Below, piece by piece: positions 34,234 through 34,797 of a stretch of DNA of 34,797 nucleotides (positions within the stretch are counted from its first letter, which is position 1; the number at the start of each line of letters is the position of its first letter). The notes under the pieces were generated by a model. The model saw only the letters and a list, made by a program, of their open reading frames with translations, was not told the DNA's origin and made no database searches. Both the position numbers and the translations under genes were made by a program. The DNA comes from a virus (Duplodnaviria > Caudoviricetes): positions 1 through 34,797 of IMG/VR virus record IMGVR_UViG_3300012942_000093, one strand, 5' to 3'.

Positions 34234-34797
34234 ATGAGCGAAACAACAGAAAAGACTGGCATTATGCAGGCCATCTTTAACATTCAGCAACAAGCCGAAT
34301 ACCTAAAGAAGGAGTCTAGTGGACAAGTGGGTCAGGGTAAGTTTAAATACTCTAACCTAACGTCTACGTGGGATTCAGTGAAACACTTATTAAAAGATAA
34401 TCAGGTGGTGGTGTATGGTTCTGTAACCTCATCAGATGACCGAGGAATATCAGGGAATTACTACAAGAGTACCCTATACCACTTGCCAAGCGGTGAAGAA
34501 AAGACTGAGTACATGATGATGGTACTCACCAGGCAAGACCCGCAGGCTGTAGGAGCTGCTATTACTTACTATAGGCGTTACATGACAACTACAATGCTAG
34601 GACTCATCCCAGACGATGATAATGACGCTAGGGAGCAACGACTAGCTACAGCCCAGCAGAAGCTACAAATTGTCGGTGCAGTTAAAATGACATTCAACAA
34701 CGATGATAAGGAATGGCGACCAGAAGATATTAACAAGACGATTGAGAATATTATCGGAAAACATCCTAGCCTTATTAGGGAATCTGAGGCTGATAAC
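34234..34797 (+). CDS. erf: ERF-family single-strand annealing protein, 3'-truncated
   Basis: Not in the track; KFKYSNL, LYHLPSGE, DPQAVGAAITYYRRY...LGL...DDDNDA; GAAAGGA SD. Confidence 0.9.
   Translation, partial: MSETTEKTGIMQAIFNIQQQAEYLKKESSGQVGQGKFKYSNLTSTWDSVKHLLKDNQVVVYGSVTSSDDRGISGNYYKSTLYHLPSGEEKTEYMMMVLTRQDPQAVGAAITYYRRYMTTTMLGLIPDDDNDAREQRLATAQQKLQIVGAVKMTFNNDDKEWRPEDINKTIENIIGKHPSLIRESEADN

Noticed and set aside
34021-34293. 90-aa minus-strand ORF as a repressor
   Set aside because: Overlaps erf, its promoter and a terminator; no HTH pattern
1-34797. Stop-codon recoding, tRNAs, integrase, DGR or introns
   Set aside because: Genes read intact in the standard code with all three stops used; no cloverleaf, recombinase or reverse transcriptase motifs noticed by eye

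Overview
Window from a tailed dsDNA phage genome with podovirus-like architecture (no tape measure, sheath or tube gene recognised). Order on the + strand: the end of an early region of short hypothetical genes (starting inside a 12-bp-repeat DUF6745-like gene), terS, terL, a Com-like zinc-ribbon gene, portal, scaffold, major capsid and decoration proteins, a fibre/adhesin cluster, adaptor, nozzle and ejection-like proteins. Then come an inverted groES-groEL operon, a lysis cassette with an amidase endolysin carrying a holin-like C-terminus, about 800 bp of structured non-coding DNA, and a truncated ERF recombinase. The main discovery is a six-copy late regulatory element: a sigma70 -10 box, exactly 6 nt, ATAA(A)GG, then AGCCG inside a terminator-like hairpin with a T tract. 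It precedes six late modules, and its first copy directly follows the Com-like zinc finger, suggesting a promoter-proximal attenuation/antitermination switch. Two genes behind these leaders appear to use non-canonical ATT/ATA starts. Product calls come from motif recall and synteny only; no searches were run. A monoderm host is inferred only weakly.
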